A stretch of 64,000 nucleotides of DNA from Candidatus Caldarchaeum sp. GTDB taxonomy: Archaea > Thermoproteota > Nitrososphaeria_A > Caldarchaeales > Caldarchaeaceae. Below the pieces are notes generated by a model, which saw nothing but the letters and a program-made list of their open reading frames with translations, did no database searches and was not told where the DNA came from. Of this stretch, positions 17,664 through 27,231 are shown piece by piece (positions within the stretch are counted from its first letter, which is position 1; each line of letters opens with the position of its first letter). The position numbers and the translations under genes are program-made. The DNA lies in the NCBI GenBank assembly GCA_038896555.1, contig JAWACZ010000004.1, forward strand, positions 4,792-68,791, written 5' to 3'.

Positions 17664-18834
17664 AAACATAGCGCTTCTCACATCCTGTCAAGCATTGAAC
17701 ACTATCGTCGTCCAGTTTTTCATTGTATTCGCTCCAGTGGCGATTCTTCTGCTCGGCGGCTCCGAAGCCCTCGCAGGCCTCGGCTCAGCATTCATATGGG
17801 GAGGACGTCTGGTAAGCACCTACCAAATCGGGGTTCTGATGGACAGGTTTGGAAGAAGGCCGGTAATAGCGGGCGGTATGACGTTAGGCGCTGCAGCATC
17901 CTTGCTTGCCGCTATTTCTGTGAACAGGAACAACCTACTGATGTTTCTGCTAACGCTTCTTCTCTACGGAGTAGGACGCGGCATGGTTGAGTTTTCCCGC
18001 GTAGCCGTCGCAGACATGCTTCCATCCAGCAGGAGAGGCTTGGGGACAGGCGTCATACTAACGGGCAGTATAGCGGGAACATTGGCCGCTCCGCTGCTCA
18101 TCTACCACGTAACGCATCAGCCCAACTCAACACAGTCCTCAGACATAATTACTTCCTTGCATTATGCTGGGTTTCTGTCCGTGACGGGTTTGATGCTGTC
18201 CTTGATGGTTTGGCCAGACCCGTTAAAAATGGCGGGCGGGAGCAACAACGCAAGATGGAGAGGATGGGATTTGGGTGGGAAACTTCGTCATAAAGGTGTT
18301 TCAGCCGCTGTTCTTTCCATGGCTGCGGCAACAGGCGTTATGGTGGCTGTCATGTCGCTTAACACCGTCATAATGTACGGACATCACTACAGCGCAGTAG
18401 ACATATCCACGGTAGTAATGATACACGTCATAGGAATGTACGCGTTCTCCATACCTCTTGGAAGGCTTTCAGACAAGTTTGGCAGGCCAGCCGTCATGCT
18501 GACAGGTCTCGCGGTAACTCTATCAGGAGTCATCATGCTCCCGCTCTCAAACGACATGAACGTCATCACATTGGCTTTGTTCCTTGTAGGCCTAGGCTGG
18601 AACGCCGTCTGGGTTGCCTCATCCGCTTACATAGCTGACTTGACTGTGGTTGAGGAGAGGGGTGGCGTGATGGGTGTTGCCGACGCCGTGGCTGCAGGCT
18701 CGTCGATAATCATGCCCATGCTAGGGGGCTTGGCTCTTGAGGCCGGGGGCGCAGGCTTGCTGGCTGCGACGGCCGTGGCCGCCTCTCTGCCTTCTATAGC
18801 AGCGTGCACAAGGGTTCTGAGGTTTAAACCCTGA
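17629..18834 (+). CDS. MFS-family transporter
   Basis: 12 predicted TM segments and the MFS loop motif (GVLMDRFGRRP). Confidence 0.8.
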   Translation: MKEISLKKTVVKNIALLTSCQALNTIVVQFFIVFAPVAILLLGGSEALAGLGSAFIWGGRLVSTYQIGVLMDRFGRRPVIAGGMTLGAAASLLAAISVNRNNLLMFLLTLLLYGVGRGMVEFSRVAVADMLPSSRRGLGTGVILTGSIAGTLAAPLLIYHVTHQPNSTQSSDIITSLHYAGFLSVTGLMLSLMVWPDPLKMAGGSNNARWRGWDLGGKLRHKGVSAAVLSMAAATGVMVAVMSLNTVIMYGHHYSAVDISTVVMIHVIGMYAFSIPLGRLSDKFGRPAVMLTGLAVTLSGVIMLPLSNDMNVITLALFLVGLGWNAVWVASSAYIADLTVVEERGGVMGVADAVAAGSSIIMPMLGGLALEAGGAGLLAATAVAASLPSIAACTRVLRFKP

Positions 18835-19429
18835 CTTTGGAGAACCTCTTGTCCACATCGTCCCAGTTCACAACGTTCCACCAGTTGTCCACGTAGGCCG
18901 CTCTGTCGTTCTTATACTGGAGATAATACGCGTGCTCCCAAACGTCCAGGGTTAGAAGCAGAGGGAGGTCTGGCGGATGCATGAAGTTCTGTTTCTCAAC
19001 CTGGTAGATGACCAGGGTTTCGGACTCTGCGTCATAGGTTAGCACAGCCCAGCCGACGGCCTCCACGTTCTTGGCGGCGTCGGAATACTGCTTCTTGAAA
19101 GATTCAAAGTTGCCGAAGTCTTTGTTTATCTGGTCCGCTATGCTTCCGCCGGGTTTTCCACCGCCCTTCCCAGCGGGTGCCATGTTGGGCCAGAAGACCG
19201 CGTGAAGCTTGTGTCCGCTCAGGTTGAAGCTTAAGTCGCGGAGGATGCCTCTTATGTTTTCAGGGTTTTCGCCTTTTCTATGTTTCTCAAGCCTCTCCAA
19301 AGCGGCGTTCGCACCGTTGACATAGGCTTGGTGATGTTTGGTATGGTGTAGCGTCATGATTTCCGCTGAAATGTAGGGTTCTAGAGCGTTGTATGCGTAG
19401 GGAAGCTGAGGAAGAACGTATTTCTTCAT
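18824..19429 (-). CDS. sod: Fe/Mn superoxide dismutase
   Basis: Metal ligand signature (HHTKHH ... DVWEHAYY). Confidence 0.95.
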   Translation of the reverse strand: MKKYVLPQLPYAYNALEPYISAEIMTLHHTKHHQAYVNGANAALERLEKHRKGENPENIRGILRDLSFNLSGHKLHAVFWPNMAPAGKGGGKPGGSIADQINKDFGNFESFKKQYSDAAKNVEAVGWAVLTYDAESETLVIYQVEKQNFMHPPDLPLLLTLDVWEHAYYLQYKNDRAAYVDNWWNVVNWDDVDKRFSKVRV

Positions 19430-19450
19430 GCATGAGGAACTTCAAAACGT

Positions 19451-19460
19451 TTATAAAAAA
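19451..19460. promoter_or_regulatory. AT-rich TATA-like box in the sod/nth divergent intergenic region
   Basis: TTATAAAAAA lies about 22-30 bp upstream of the leaderless sod start on the minus strand. A second box, CTATAAAAA, sits about 20 bp upstream of the nth ATG. Confidence 0.3.
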
Positions 19461-19507
19461 TTATCGCACCAACCATACTAACAACAGCTATAAAAAGGGT
19501 TTATCTC

Positions 19508-20185
19508 ATGACTGCTTCAACCTCGGCTCAGAAAGGCTTGGATAAAACCGAGTTCGGAGAAGTAGTCAAAATTTTAAAGGCGCGATACATGTCGGGAGCT
19601 CGGCCTGAGCATGTTGCGGGCAGCGACCCTTTCAAAGTCCTTGTAGGCGCATTGCTATCCCATAGGACGCGTGACGAGATGACCGATATGGCTTACAACA
19701 AACTTTTCAGCCAGTTCAAAGACCCGCCCCAGCTTGCTAATGCTGACGTACGAGAGATAGCTCAGACGATAAAAGCGGTTGGCTTTTACAGGCAGAAAGC
19801 AAAACGAATCAAAAGGATAGCTCAAATTATCTATTGGGAAAGGAGTGGGAAGGTTCCAGAAGACCGTGAAGAGTTGATGAAGCTTCCCGGAGTTGGGCCT
19901 AAGACGGCCGACATAGTTCTGTCAGCCTGCTTCGGAAAACCCGAGGTTGCCGTTGACACCCATGTTAAAACAGTAGCGGTCAGGCTCGGCATCGCCTCGG
20001 AGAAATCAGGCTATGAAGAGATCAAAAGCAACGTAACGAAGCTAGCTCCAGCAGATGACCTATTTTTGATAAACCAGCTGTTTGTAAGGTTCGGGAGGGA
20101 GATATGCAGAAGACCTAAACCAAAATGTAATGTCTGCCCTATAACAGCATACTGCAGATTTTATCAGACAGGCTTCAAAGCTTGA
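19508..20185 (+). CDS. nth: endonuclease III (HhH-GPD DNA glycosylase/AP lyase with 4Fe-4S)
   Basis: HhH-GPD motif (LPGVGPKTA) and C-x6-C-x2-C-x5-C cluster. Confidence 0.9.
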   Translation: MTASTSAQKGLDKTEFGEVVKILKARYMSGARPEHVAGSDPFKVLVGALLSHRTRDEMTDMAYNKLFSQFKDPPQLANADVREIAQTIKAVGFYRQKAKRIKRIAQIIYWERSGKVPEDREELMKLPGVGPKTADIVLSACFGKPEVAVDTHVKTVAVRLGIASEKSGYEEIKSNVTKLAPADDLFLINQLFVRFGREICRRPKPKCNVCPITAYCRFYQTGFKA

Positions 20186-20657
20186 GCTCTTTGAGCTTGG
20201 CGAGCACTTCATCCGCATGGCCTTCTGCCGTAACTTTGTGGAAGGCAGCCCTTATGGTGCCTGAGCCGTCTATAATGAATGTTTTACGCAGGCATCTGCC
20301 TTTCTCAGGGCTGTAGGCGTTGAACAGACTCGCGACCCTGCCTTCCTTGTCAGACAAAAGCATGAAGTTTAAGCGGTGTCTTGATGCAAAACTTTTATGA
20401 GACTCGGCGTCGTCAACGCTCACCCCTACAACGTTGACGTTCATCTTCCTAAACTTTTCGAGAGAATCACGAAATCCACAAGCTTCAGCAGTGCAGCCGG
20501 GTGTGTCATCACGGGGATAAAAGTAGAGCACCAGGGCCTTATGGCCAGCCAGCAAATCCTTTAGACTGTGTTCCCTTCCCTCTGGGTCAGGCAGCGTGAA
20601 ATCCGGAGCCCTGTCGCCTAGCTCGGGCTTCATCTCATGTTGAATGAATGGCCGCAT
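20175..20657 (-). CDS. bcp: peroxiredoxin, Bcp-type thiol peroxidase
   Basis: PRDDTPGCT peroxidatic Cys motif. Confidence 0.85.
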   Translation of the reverse strand: MRPFIQHEMKPELGDRAPDFTLPDPEGREHSLKDLLAGHKALVLYFYPRDDTPGCTAEACGFRDSLEKFRKMNVNVVGVSVDDAESHKSFASRHRLNFMLLSDKEGRVASLFNAYSPEKGRCLRKTFIIDGSGTIRAAFHKVTAEGHADEVLAKLKELKL

Positions 20658-20980
20658 CCGCAGGTAGAAGCGACGTTAGGGTTGTTGATGGCGAAACCAG
20701 ACCCCATCACATCTTCAACGTAGTCTATCTCCGACCCATCGAGGAACTGGGCGCTAAAAGAATCTACCACTATATTCACACCGTGGGCTTCGACAACGAC
20801 GTCGTCGTCGTAAACGTTTTCATCTAATGCCATACCATACCTGAAGCCTGCGCACCCTCCTCCAGTGACGTAAATCCTCAACGCAAGCTTGTCGTTCTGC
20901 TCCTCGGAAATGAGCTGAGCAATCTTCCTTGCCGCCCTCTCCGTAACTTTGAGGCTAAACGGCTCTAGTTTGGCTTCCAT
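20630..20980 (-). CDS. HesB/IscA-family iron-sulfur cluster insertion protein
   Basis: C-terminal CGCGHSF motif, about 115 aa. Confidence 0.85.
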   Translation of the reverse strand: MEAKLEPFSLKVTERAARKIAQLISEEQNDKLALRIYVTGGGCAGFRYGMALDENVYDDDVVVEAHGVNIVVDSFSAQFLDGSEIDYVEDVMGSGFAINNPNVASTCGCGHSFNMR

Positions 20981-21030
20981 GTTAAGGACTAACGCAGGAT
21001 GGCTTTATTAAAACGTTTTGGTTGTACAAA

Positions 21031-21038
21031 TTTAAATA
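21031..21038 (+). promoter_or_regulatory. TATA-like box upstream of rpoD cluster
   Basis: TTTAAATA lies about 45 bp upstream of the rpoD start. A GAGG Shine-Dalgarno-like element lies 8 bp before the start. Confidence 0.3.
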
Positions 21039-21082
21039 ATGTAAAAGACCCAAAGCTCTAGCAGACAGCAGAGGAAACAGGC

Positions 21083-21721
21083 TTGAAGATAGTAGCCGAG
21101 ACCAGCGAATCAATCACAATAGAGGTAAGCGAGATCCCTCACCATCTAGCGAACGCTATAAGGAGAACTATCATCAAAGAAGTCCCCACCATGGCTGTAG
21201 AGGAAGTTCTCATAATCGAGAATACGTCAAACATGCCAAACGAGCTATTGGCTCATCGCTTATCCCTCATACCTTTTATAACCGATTTGGATAACTACCG
21301 TTTACCCGAGGAATGTGATTGCCAAAGCAAGCTTGGATGTGAGAGATGTGTGGTTAGGTTTACGCTTAGAGCTGAGGCCAGCGAAACACCCATAACGCTT
21401 TATTCACGCGACATAACTCCGGAGAAACGGGAGGGGGTTGTAGCCCCGTTTAACGGCGACATACCCATAGTCTCTCTAGCAACTGGACAGAGGGTGGAGC
21501 TTGAGCTCTACGTAAGGCTTGGAAAGGGACGGAAACACTCGAAATGGACGCCTGGAATAGCCACACTTTATGAGGAAAACGGAAAAAAATACATGTACGT
21601 CGAAAGCTACGGCTTCCTACCACCTAGAAGAATCGTGGAGGAGGCGAAGAAGATAATAAGGGTAAAAGTAGCAATGCTCGAGAAAGCCTTCAAGGAGGTT
21701 GTCGGCGGTGAATGGAACTAA
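21083..21721 (+). CDS. rpoD: DNA-directed RNA polymerase subunit D (Rpo3) with Fe-S cluster domain
   Basis: Rpo3 dimerisation domain plus CDCQ..C..C cysteine cluster; TTG start. Confidence 0.9.
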   Translation: MKIVAETSESITIEVSEIPHHLANAIRRTIIKEVPTMAVEEVLIIENTSNMPNELLAHRLSLIPFITDLDNYRLPEECDCQSKLGCERCVVRFTLRAEASETPITLYSRDITPEKREGVVAPFNGDIPIVSLATGQRVELELYVRLGKGRKHSKWTPGIATLYEENGKKYMYVESYGFLPPRRIVEEAKKIIRVKVAMLEKAFKEVVGGEWN

Positions 21722-22043
21722 AAGGTTTGAAACCACTGTGAGAAAGCTTGCGGCAAAATCACGTTTCAGAGAAAGGCTCCTCAAGGAATTAAAGAGAAGC
21801 AGAGGGATGATGAGGGAAGTTAACCTGTCGCGTATACAACGTCATGCAAAGCAAAACGAGGTTGTCTTCGTCCCAGGAAAAGTTTTAGGACACGGCGTCT
21901 TAACTAAAAAACTGACTGTGGGAGCCTTCAGCTTTTCCCGGCCAGCTTTAAAGAAGATCATGGCCGCCGGCGGAAGGGCTCTACTTTTTGAGGATTTTCT
22001 CAAAGAGTTTAGTGACGGCTCAGGGGTGAGGATAATTGGCTGA
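21699..22043 (+). CDS. rpl18e: 50S ribosomal protein L18e (eL18)
   Basis: eL18 pattern; conserved rpoD-L18e-L13-S9-rpoN order. Confidence 0.8.
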   Translation: MSAVNGTKRFETTVRKLAAKSRFRERLLKELKRSRGMMREVNLSRIQRHAKQNEVVFVPGKVLGHGVLTKKLTVGAFSFSRPALKKIMAAGGRALLFEDFLKEFSDGSGVRIIG

Positions 22044-22491
22044 GAAAACATATGTAGTGAACGCTGAAGGCTACAGGCTCGGCCGGCTCGCCTCTCACGT
22101 CGCAAAGCTTTTGCTCAAAGGCCATAGGGTGAAAATATACAACGCTGAGAAGGCGGTGATTACAGGCACGAAGTCCTCGATCCTAGAACATTACCTGATG
22201 CTGAGACAGAGACGCCAGCTTACCTCCCATAAGAAGATAACGGTATGGTATCCTACAAAGGCTGAGGCCATACTGAGGTATGCCGTGATAAGGATGCTGC
22301 CGAGGCGAAAGCCAAAGGGACTGGATGCGGCAAAAAGGCTTGAAGTTGTTAGGGGAGGGATGCAGCCCGCGGGGGAGGTGATAGAGTTCCAAGATGCTAA
22401 GCTGGGCAAGCCTGTAAGCAGGTCAGGCAAGTTCATAAGATACATTACACTGGAAGAGCTGTCTAATCTGTTGAGAGGTGGAAGGACGTGA
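22036..22491 (+). CDS. rpl13: 50S ribosomal protein L13 (uL13)
   Basis: uL13 signature (GRLAS.VAK.LL.G..V...NAEK). Confidence 0.9.
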   Translation: MAEKTYVVNAEGYRLGRLASHVAKLLLKGHRVKIYNAEKAVITGTKSSILEHYLMLRQRRQLTSHKKITVWYPTKAEAILRYAVIRMLPRRKPKGLDAAKRLEVVRGGMQPAGEVIEFQDAKLGKPVSRSGKFIRYITLEELSNLLRGGRT

Positions 22492-22883
22492 AAAAAGCTA
22501 CTCAACACTTTGTAGGCCGTCGCAAAACCTCGGTCGCGAAAGTATTCGTCAAACCAGGGAAAGGGAACATATTCGTAAACAAAACACCTTTGCATCTTTT
22601 CGGCGAGCTTTTTAAAAGCAAGATACTGACTCCGTTAAAACTTCTTCCCGAGTTCTGGAAAAGCCACGACTTCCACATAGACGTGAGAGGGGGCGGAATG
22701 TCTTCTTCAGCGGATGCTGCAGCAATAGCAATTTCAAAAGCAGCAGCTGCCCTGACACCCGAGGGAAGGAGTATCATCGCTGGCTACGATAGATATCTCC
22801 TGGTGGACGACCCACGTCAGGCAGAGCCTAAGAAACCTAACAGAAGAAGCGCCAGACGTTTCAAGCAGAAGAGCTACAGGTGA
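22488..22883 (+). CDS. rps9: 30S ribosomal protein S9 (uS9)
   Basis: uS9 pattern with basic C-terminal tail (...RRFKQKSYR). Confidence 0.9.
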   Translation: MKKATQHFVGRRKTSVAKVFVKPGKGNIFVNKTPLHLFGELFKSKILTPLKLLPEFWKSHDFHIDVRGGGMSSSADAAAIAISKAAAALTPEGRSIIAGYDRYLLVDDPRQAEPKKPNRRSARRFKQKSYR

Positions 22884-22891
22884 AACATTCT

Positions 22892-23116
22892 ATGATGTTT
22901 CCGATAAGGTGCTTCAGCTGCGGCCGAGTCATAGCTCACAAATGGGATGAGTACAGGGCTCGAGTCCAGGCGGGAGAGCATCCCCGCGACGTGTTGGACA
23001 GCTTAGGTTTCAAAAGATACTGCTGCCGAAGAATGTTTATCTCAGCCGTAAACGTGATGGATGAGCTCTTGGAGTTTCAACAAAAATACACAGCTGCGGG
23101 AGCTGGACAGCGTTGA
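22892..23116 (+). CDS. rpoN: DNA-directed RNA polymerase subunit N (Rpo10)
   Basis: MMFPIRCFSCG...RYCCRRM zinc-binding signature. Carries a C-terminal extension of about 12 aa that overlaps the enolase start. Confidence 0.85.
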   Translation: MMFPIRCFSCGRVIAHKWDEYRARVQAGEHPRDVLDSLGFKRYCCRRMFISAVNVMDELLEFQQKYTAAGAGQR

Positions 23117-24357
23117 CGGCCTTTTACAAGATAACCGACGCTAAGGCTATGGTAGTTTTCGACAGCAGAGGCTCGGAAACGGTGGAGGTCGAGCTCTGGT
23201 CTGAAAAAATCTCCGCGAAGGCGTCAGCGCCCTCGGGCAAAAGCAGGGGAAGCAGAGAGGCTCTGCCGTTTCCGTCAAACGACGTCAAAAAATCATTAGA
23301 AGCCTTCACAAAAACATTGAAACATCGCCTAATAGGTTTTGACGCTGCGGACCAGGCGGGGATAGACTCGATGCTCAAGGAGGTCGACGGCACAGAAAAC
23401 TTTTCAAACATCGGGGGAAACCTAGCCTACGCCGTATCGGCGTGTGCTGCTGCTTTAACAGCACGTTTAAAGAATATGCCGTTATGGCGATACATCTCCG
23501 AGCTTTCAGGTATGAAGCCGGCGATTCCTCTCCCGCTTGGTAACGTGTTAGGAGGTGGAGCTCACGCTGGCGCAGGCTCGCCCGACATCCAGGAATTCTT
23601 GGTTTTTCCAGCCAAAGCACAGACCGTCGAAGAAGCTGTGAAAACTAACATCGAAGCCCATCGAAGGCTTGGAAACATTTTATTAAAAAAGGCCGGTAGA
23701 TACGGGGGAGGCAAGGGTGATGAGGGTGGTTATGCACCGCCCCTCGACGATGTTTCCGCCCTTGAGTCTGTCGTCGAAGCCTCGAAGGGGCTTTCGGTGG
23801 GGCTTGGTCTTGATGTTGCTGCCTCAAGCCTTTATGACACGTCTACAAAGCTGTATGTCTACAGAAACAAAGGTGAGAAAAGGACTGCTACGGAACAGAT
23901 GGACTACATAGCTGGTTTGGTGGAGCGTTATGGAATTACGTACGTTGAAGACCCGTTTGAGGAGTCCGATTTTGAATCTTTCACCCGTCTGTGTAAAACT
24001 TTCCCCAAGCTGTTGGTGAGCGGGGACGACCTTATTGTGACGAGGCCGGAGCTTGTGAGGAAGGCGGCTAAACTTGGTGCCGTGAGAGCCGTTATTCTCA
24101 AACCTAACCAAGTGGGCACCCTGTCCGATACGATAGAAGCGGCGGTAGAAGCCGAACGCCATGGAATCATACGTGTTGTGTCCCACAGGTCAGGTGAGAC
24201 ATGCGACGCATTTCTATCCCATCTGGCGGTTGGGTTGAGAAGCAAATTTATTAAGGCAGGAGTTGTTGGAGGTGAAAGGGTGGCGAAGGCCAATGAGATG
24301 CTTAGGATCTACCAAAACGACAAAGGTCTTCAACTGCAGGAGGTGGAGATGGATTGA
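23113..24357 (+). CDS. eno: enolase (phosphopyruvate hydratase)
   Basis: Enolase signatures (DSRGSETVEVE, SHRSGET); TTG start. Confidence 0.95.
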   Translation: MTAFYKITDAKAMVVFDSRGSETVEVELWSEKISAKASAPSGKSRGSREALPFPSNDVKKSLEAFTKTLKHRLIGFDAADQAGIDSMLKEVDGTENFSNIGGNLAYAVSACAAALTARLKNMPLWRYISELSGMKPAIPLPLGNVLGGGAHAGAGSPDIQEFLVFPAKAQTVEEAVKTNIEAHRRLGNILLKKAGRYGGGKGDEGGYAPPLDDVSALESVVEASKGLSVGLGLDVAASSLYDTSTKLYVYRNKGEKRTATEQMDYIAGLVERYGITYVEDPFEESDFESFTRLCKTFPKLLVSGDDLIVTRPELVRKAAKLGAVRAVILKPNQVGTLSDTIEAAVEAERHGIIRVVSHRSGETCDAFLSHLAVGLRSKFIKAGVVGGERVAKANEMLRIYQNDKGLQLQEVEMD

Positions 24358-24980
24358 CTTTGACTGCTGAGCAGGAAGCGGAGATACTTGAACAGCTAGT
24401 GAAATATAATGTCCACGTCGGTTCTCGGATTAAGGTTAAGCACATGGAGCCGTTCATCTTCAGAATGCGCTACGACGGCGTATATCTTTTCGACGTCAAA
24501 AAAATACTGGAAAGGCTTAACCTTGCCGCACGCATAATATCCTACTATCCGCTGGATAAGGTGGTGGCTGTTTCGACACATGTTTTCGGAATGAAAGCTG
24601 TTCAAAAGTTCGCAGAGTTGACGGGGGCCGTTGCTATTGCAGGCAAGATGGCAGCCGGCATGTTTACCAACAGGACGTTGAAGAACTATATGGAGCCCGA
24701 CCTTGTTATAATCTCCGACCCAAGGTATGACATTCAAGCGCTTGATGAAGCTAGGATTGCGAGGATACCTGTCATAGCCATGTGCAGCACGGACAACATA
24801 TGCGCAAACGTTGATCTCGTTATTCCGATGAACAACAGAAGCAGGACATCCCTACCCTATGCCTTCTGGTACCTTACCAGAAAAGTTTTGGAGGAAAACA
24901 GGCAGCTATCCCCTGATTTTGACGCGTTAGTGAAACCGGAGGACTTTATGACGCTAGCGTCGTCCACTGAGCTTGAGTAG
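24354..24980 (+). CDS. rps2: 30S ribosomal protein S2 (uS2)
   Basis: uS2 pattern (VHVGSR, IISDPR...IPVIA.CSTD). Confidence 0.9.
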   Translation: MTLTAEQEAEILEQLVKYNVHVGSRIKVKHMEPFIFRMRYDGVYLFDVKKILERLNLAARIISYYPLDKVVAVSTHVFGMKAVQKFAELTGAVAIAGKMAAGMFTNRTLKNYMEPDLVIISDPRYDIQALDEARIARIPVIAMCSTDNICANVDLVIPMNNRSRTSLPYAFWYLTRKVLEENRQLSPDFDALVKPEDFMTLASSTELE

Positions 24981-27098
24981 TAAAGGCTGTAGAACGGTCT
25001 CCATGCAGCGGCGTAGGAAAGCGGCATAGAATTCTTCTTCATAACTTTGGTCGTTTAAAAGCTGTAGCGGTGTTGCGCTGTTATGTTTGACGACGTAGGC
25101 AACCTGCTGCCCTGGCGAAAGCTTTACGCCAGCCTGTCCTAGCTTTTTGGCCGCAGTCACATGCTTCAACCTTTTCGTGTAATGTTTCGGATACATGCCC
25201 AAGCTCTTGACGATCGTCAACAGCTCTTGCCCAACAGCACCCGAGTAAACTAGCTTAAGATACTCGTTGAATATTCCTAGACATTCTGATGCTTTGCGCT
25301 GGAGCTCTTCCGGCGACCTGGCCTCGGCCAGCTTTTCAAGAAGCTCCCTCTGCATCTGCTTGGCTAGAGGCGGAGTGTCCCTACGCCTCAGCTCGATTCC
25401 CCTGAATTTTAGACGGCCGTCGGTGTAGACGCCGAAATACCTGTTGTTGACAGGCCTTCCAGGATGCGTGCGTGAGGGAAGGAAGGCTATCCATCTATAG
25501 GTTCCCTCATAGCCTATCGGCAGGCCCAGCCTCTTCTCCAGCTCCTCTCCCAGCTTTCTGTAGTCCTCCTCACAAGCATCCCGCCCCCAGACCCAGAGGC
25601 AGTCTACGATGCCGTGCAACACTTTAAACCCTTTTTCCTCAGCTATTTTGACGCTTTTCAGCAAGGTGTCTCGGGCTAGGGCGCAGACAGCCATATGGGC
25701 CTCACGGCTTCCGAACTTAGCCTTCCTGTAGCCGAGGTAGCCGAAGGATGTGACGAGTATCCATTTGAGGGCGTCAGACCTAGCTTTGTAAATCTTTAAG
25801 CCCGTCTCCACGTAAAGCCTCTTGTACTCCAGCCTTCTCCTCAAAGGCGTTTCAACAGCCGAGGGCACTATTCCACGCCATCTTCTACATACGTGGTATC
25901 CCAGCTCGGGTATGTCGCTGCCTTCGCAGCACTTGCAGTTGACGGTCTCGCCGCTTATGTTGTGTTTGAGCATCAGCGTTGGGTAGAGGCTGTGGAAGTC
26001 AAGCTCGCCGACGTTCCAGTAAACACCCGGCCTGTGGTCGAGAATCCAACCGCCTCTGTCCGCTGTAACAAGCTCGGCGGCGGTCATGCACGTAGGCCTC
26101 CCCGGCTCGGAAGGTATGAGAACGTCGTTCAGGTAGGCTTGACGATACTGTAGAGAGGTCATGCACCTGCCTATCGTGTAGCGGGCCGCGTCTTGGACTG
26201 GCACGCTTACAACTCTCGCAACCTCCAGCACGCCTTCAAGCCCTGTCTCGCCGTAGAGCATGGAGTTGTCGGCGTCTATGTGAAGCCTGCCGTTGAGCTT
26301 GTATCCGCCAAACCTATGGTAAACCCTTCCATAGCTGATGTAGGAGAAGCCTTTCGAGGTTTTAACCCGGTCTTCTCCACGGCCTAGACGCAGCTTGACG
26401 TTGTTGGCTGAAGCTCTCTCCCGCAGGTATCGCATTAGAAAACCGTCTCCGCCGTGGGTGACAACAACGTCCACATCCCATTCGTCCAAGAGCTTCGTCA
26501 GGCTTTGGAGTATCTCATCCTCGCATCCGTCTAACACCGCCTCGTCCCCGTCCACCCTCACTCTCACAAGCCTAAGACCGTCGGAAAACCTGGGCAGAGG
26601 CCCTGAAGCCTCAGCCTCCACATCCAAAAACGCAACCCTGAGGAAGGATGTGTCGTAGAAAAGGTTGTTGACGTCTTCCGCTGGCTCTGGAATGTTGTCG
26701 TGGATTTTGACGTAGGCTGTGGGCGTCAAACCGTGTTCGTAGAGAAATTCTTGGAGCAGAGGTATGTCGGTGTTGTAGGTTTTTACGCCGAGGCAGCTCC
26801 ATCTCTCTGCGATGACGTTTGCAAGCCAGCGTTTCTCGGCGGGCGGTGTAAAAACCTCCAAAGCGTCGACTAAGCCGGCTTCGGGAACCCTCTTCACAAC
26901 AGGCCTGACCTCATACCTGTCGGAAAGCGTCCTCGCAACATCTCGGAGAACGGCCGAGGGCCCTGCAGCATACAGCCTCGCTCTCCAGCCAACAGCCCTT
27001 TTCACCACGCCGCATTTACCCCTCAGCCACAGGAAAACACCGTTACCGTTATCTAAACAAACATCAAGCAGCCAGCCTTCCACACATACTCCAGCCAA
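24954..27098 (-). CDS. family-B DNA polymerase paralog with degenerate catalytic motifs (PolB2/inactivated-PolB-like)
   Basis: Motif A DFHSLYPTLM and motif B K...SFGYLGY are retained. Motif C YGDTDS is replaced by HGIVDC. Exo I is present (FLDVEAE) but Exo II (NxxxFD) reads THGGDGFLMRYL. The protein is 714 aa. Confidence 0.85.
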   Translation of the reverse strand: MAGVCVEGWLLDVCLDNGNGVFLWLRGKCGVVKRAVGWRARLYAAGPSAVLRDVARTLSDRYEVRPVVKRVPEAGLVDALEVFTPPAEKRWLANVIAERWSCLGVKTYNTDIPLLQEFLYEHGLTPTAYVKIHDNIPEPAEDVNNLFYDTSFLRVAFLDVEAEASGPLPRFSDGLRLVRVRVDGDEAVLDGCEDEILQSLTKLLDEWDVDVVVTHGGDGFLMRYLRERASANNVKLRLGRGEDRVKTSKGFSYISYGRVYHRFGGYKLNGRLHIDADNSMLYGETGLEGVLEVARVVSVPVQDAARYTIGRCMTSLQYRQAYLNDVLIPSEPGRPTCMTAAELVTADRGGWILDHRPGVYWNVGELDFHSLYPTLMLKHNISGETVNCKCCEGSDIPELGYHVCRRWRGIVPSAVETPLRRRLEYKRLYVETGLKIYKARSDALKWILVTSFGYLGYRKAKFGSREAHMAVCALARDTLLKSVKIAEEKGFKVLHGIVDCLWVWGRDACEEDYRKLGEELEKRLGLPIGYEGTYRWIAFLPSRTHPGRPVNNRYFGVYTDGRLKFRGIELRRRDTPPLAKQMQRELLEKLAEARSPEELQRKASECLGIFNEYLKLVYSGAVGQELLTIVKSLGMYPKHYTKRLKHVTAAKKLGQAGVKLSPGQQVAYVVKHNSATPLQLLNDQSYEEEFYAAFLRRCMETVLQPLLLKLSGRR

Positions 27099-27127
27099 AA
27101 CCCGAATATATCATGAGAGAAGGCTGA

Positions 27128-27231
27128 AAATGCGAACCGGGCCCGGTGGGACTTGAACCCACGACCTCCGGCTCCGGAGGCCGACGCTGCAGAGATATTA
27201 ACGAGATAATATCTTCTCTGTCCATTCTGAG
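27128..27231 (-). tRNA. tRNA-Arg (anticodon CCG) with a 29-nt intron inside the D-arm (non-canonical position about 23-25)
   Basis: On the minus strand: acceptor GGGCCCG/CGGGCCC, anticodon stem-loop TCGGC-CTCCGGA-GCCGG, variable AGGTC, T-arm GTGGG-TTCAAGT-CCCAC. The D-stem GCTC/GAGC only forms after removing about 29 nt (AAGATATTATCTCGTTAATATCTCTGCAG). Mature length would be 75 nt. Confidence 0.65.
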
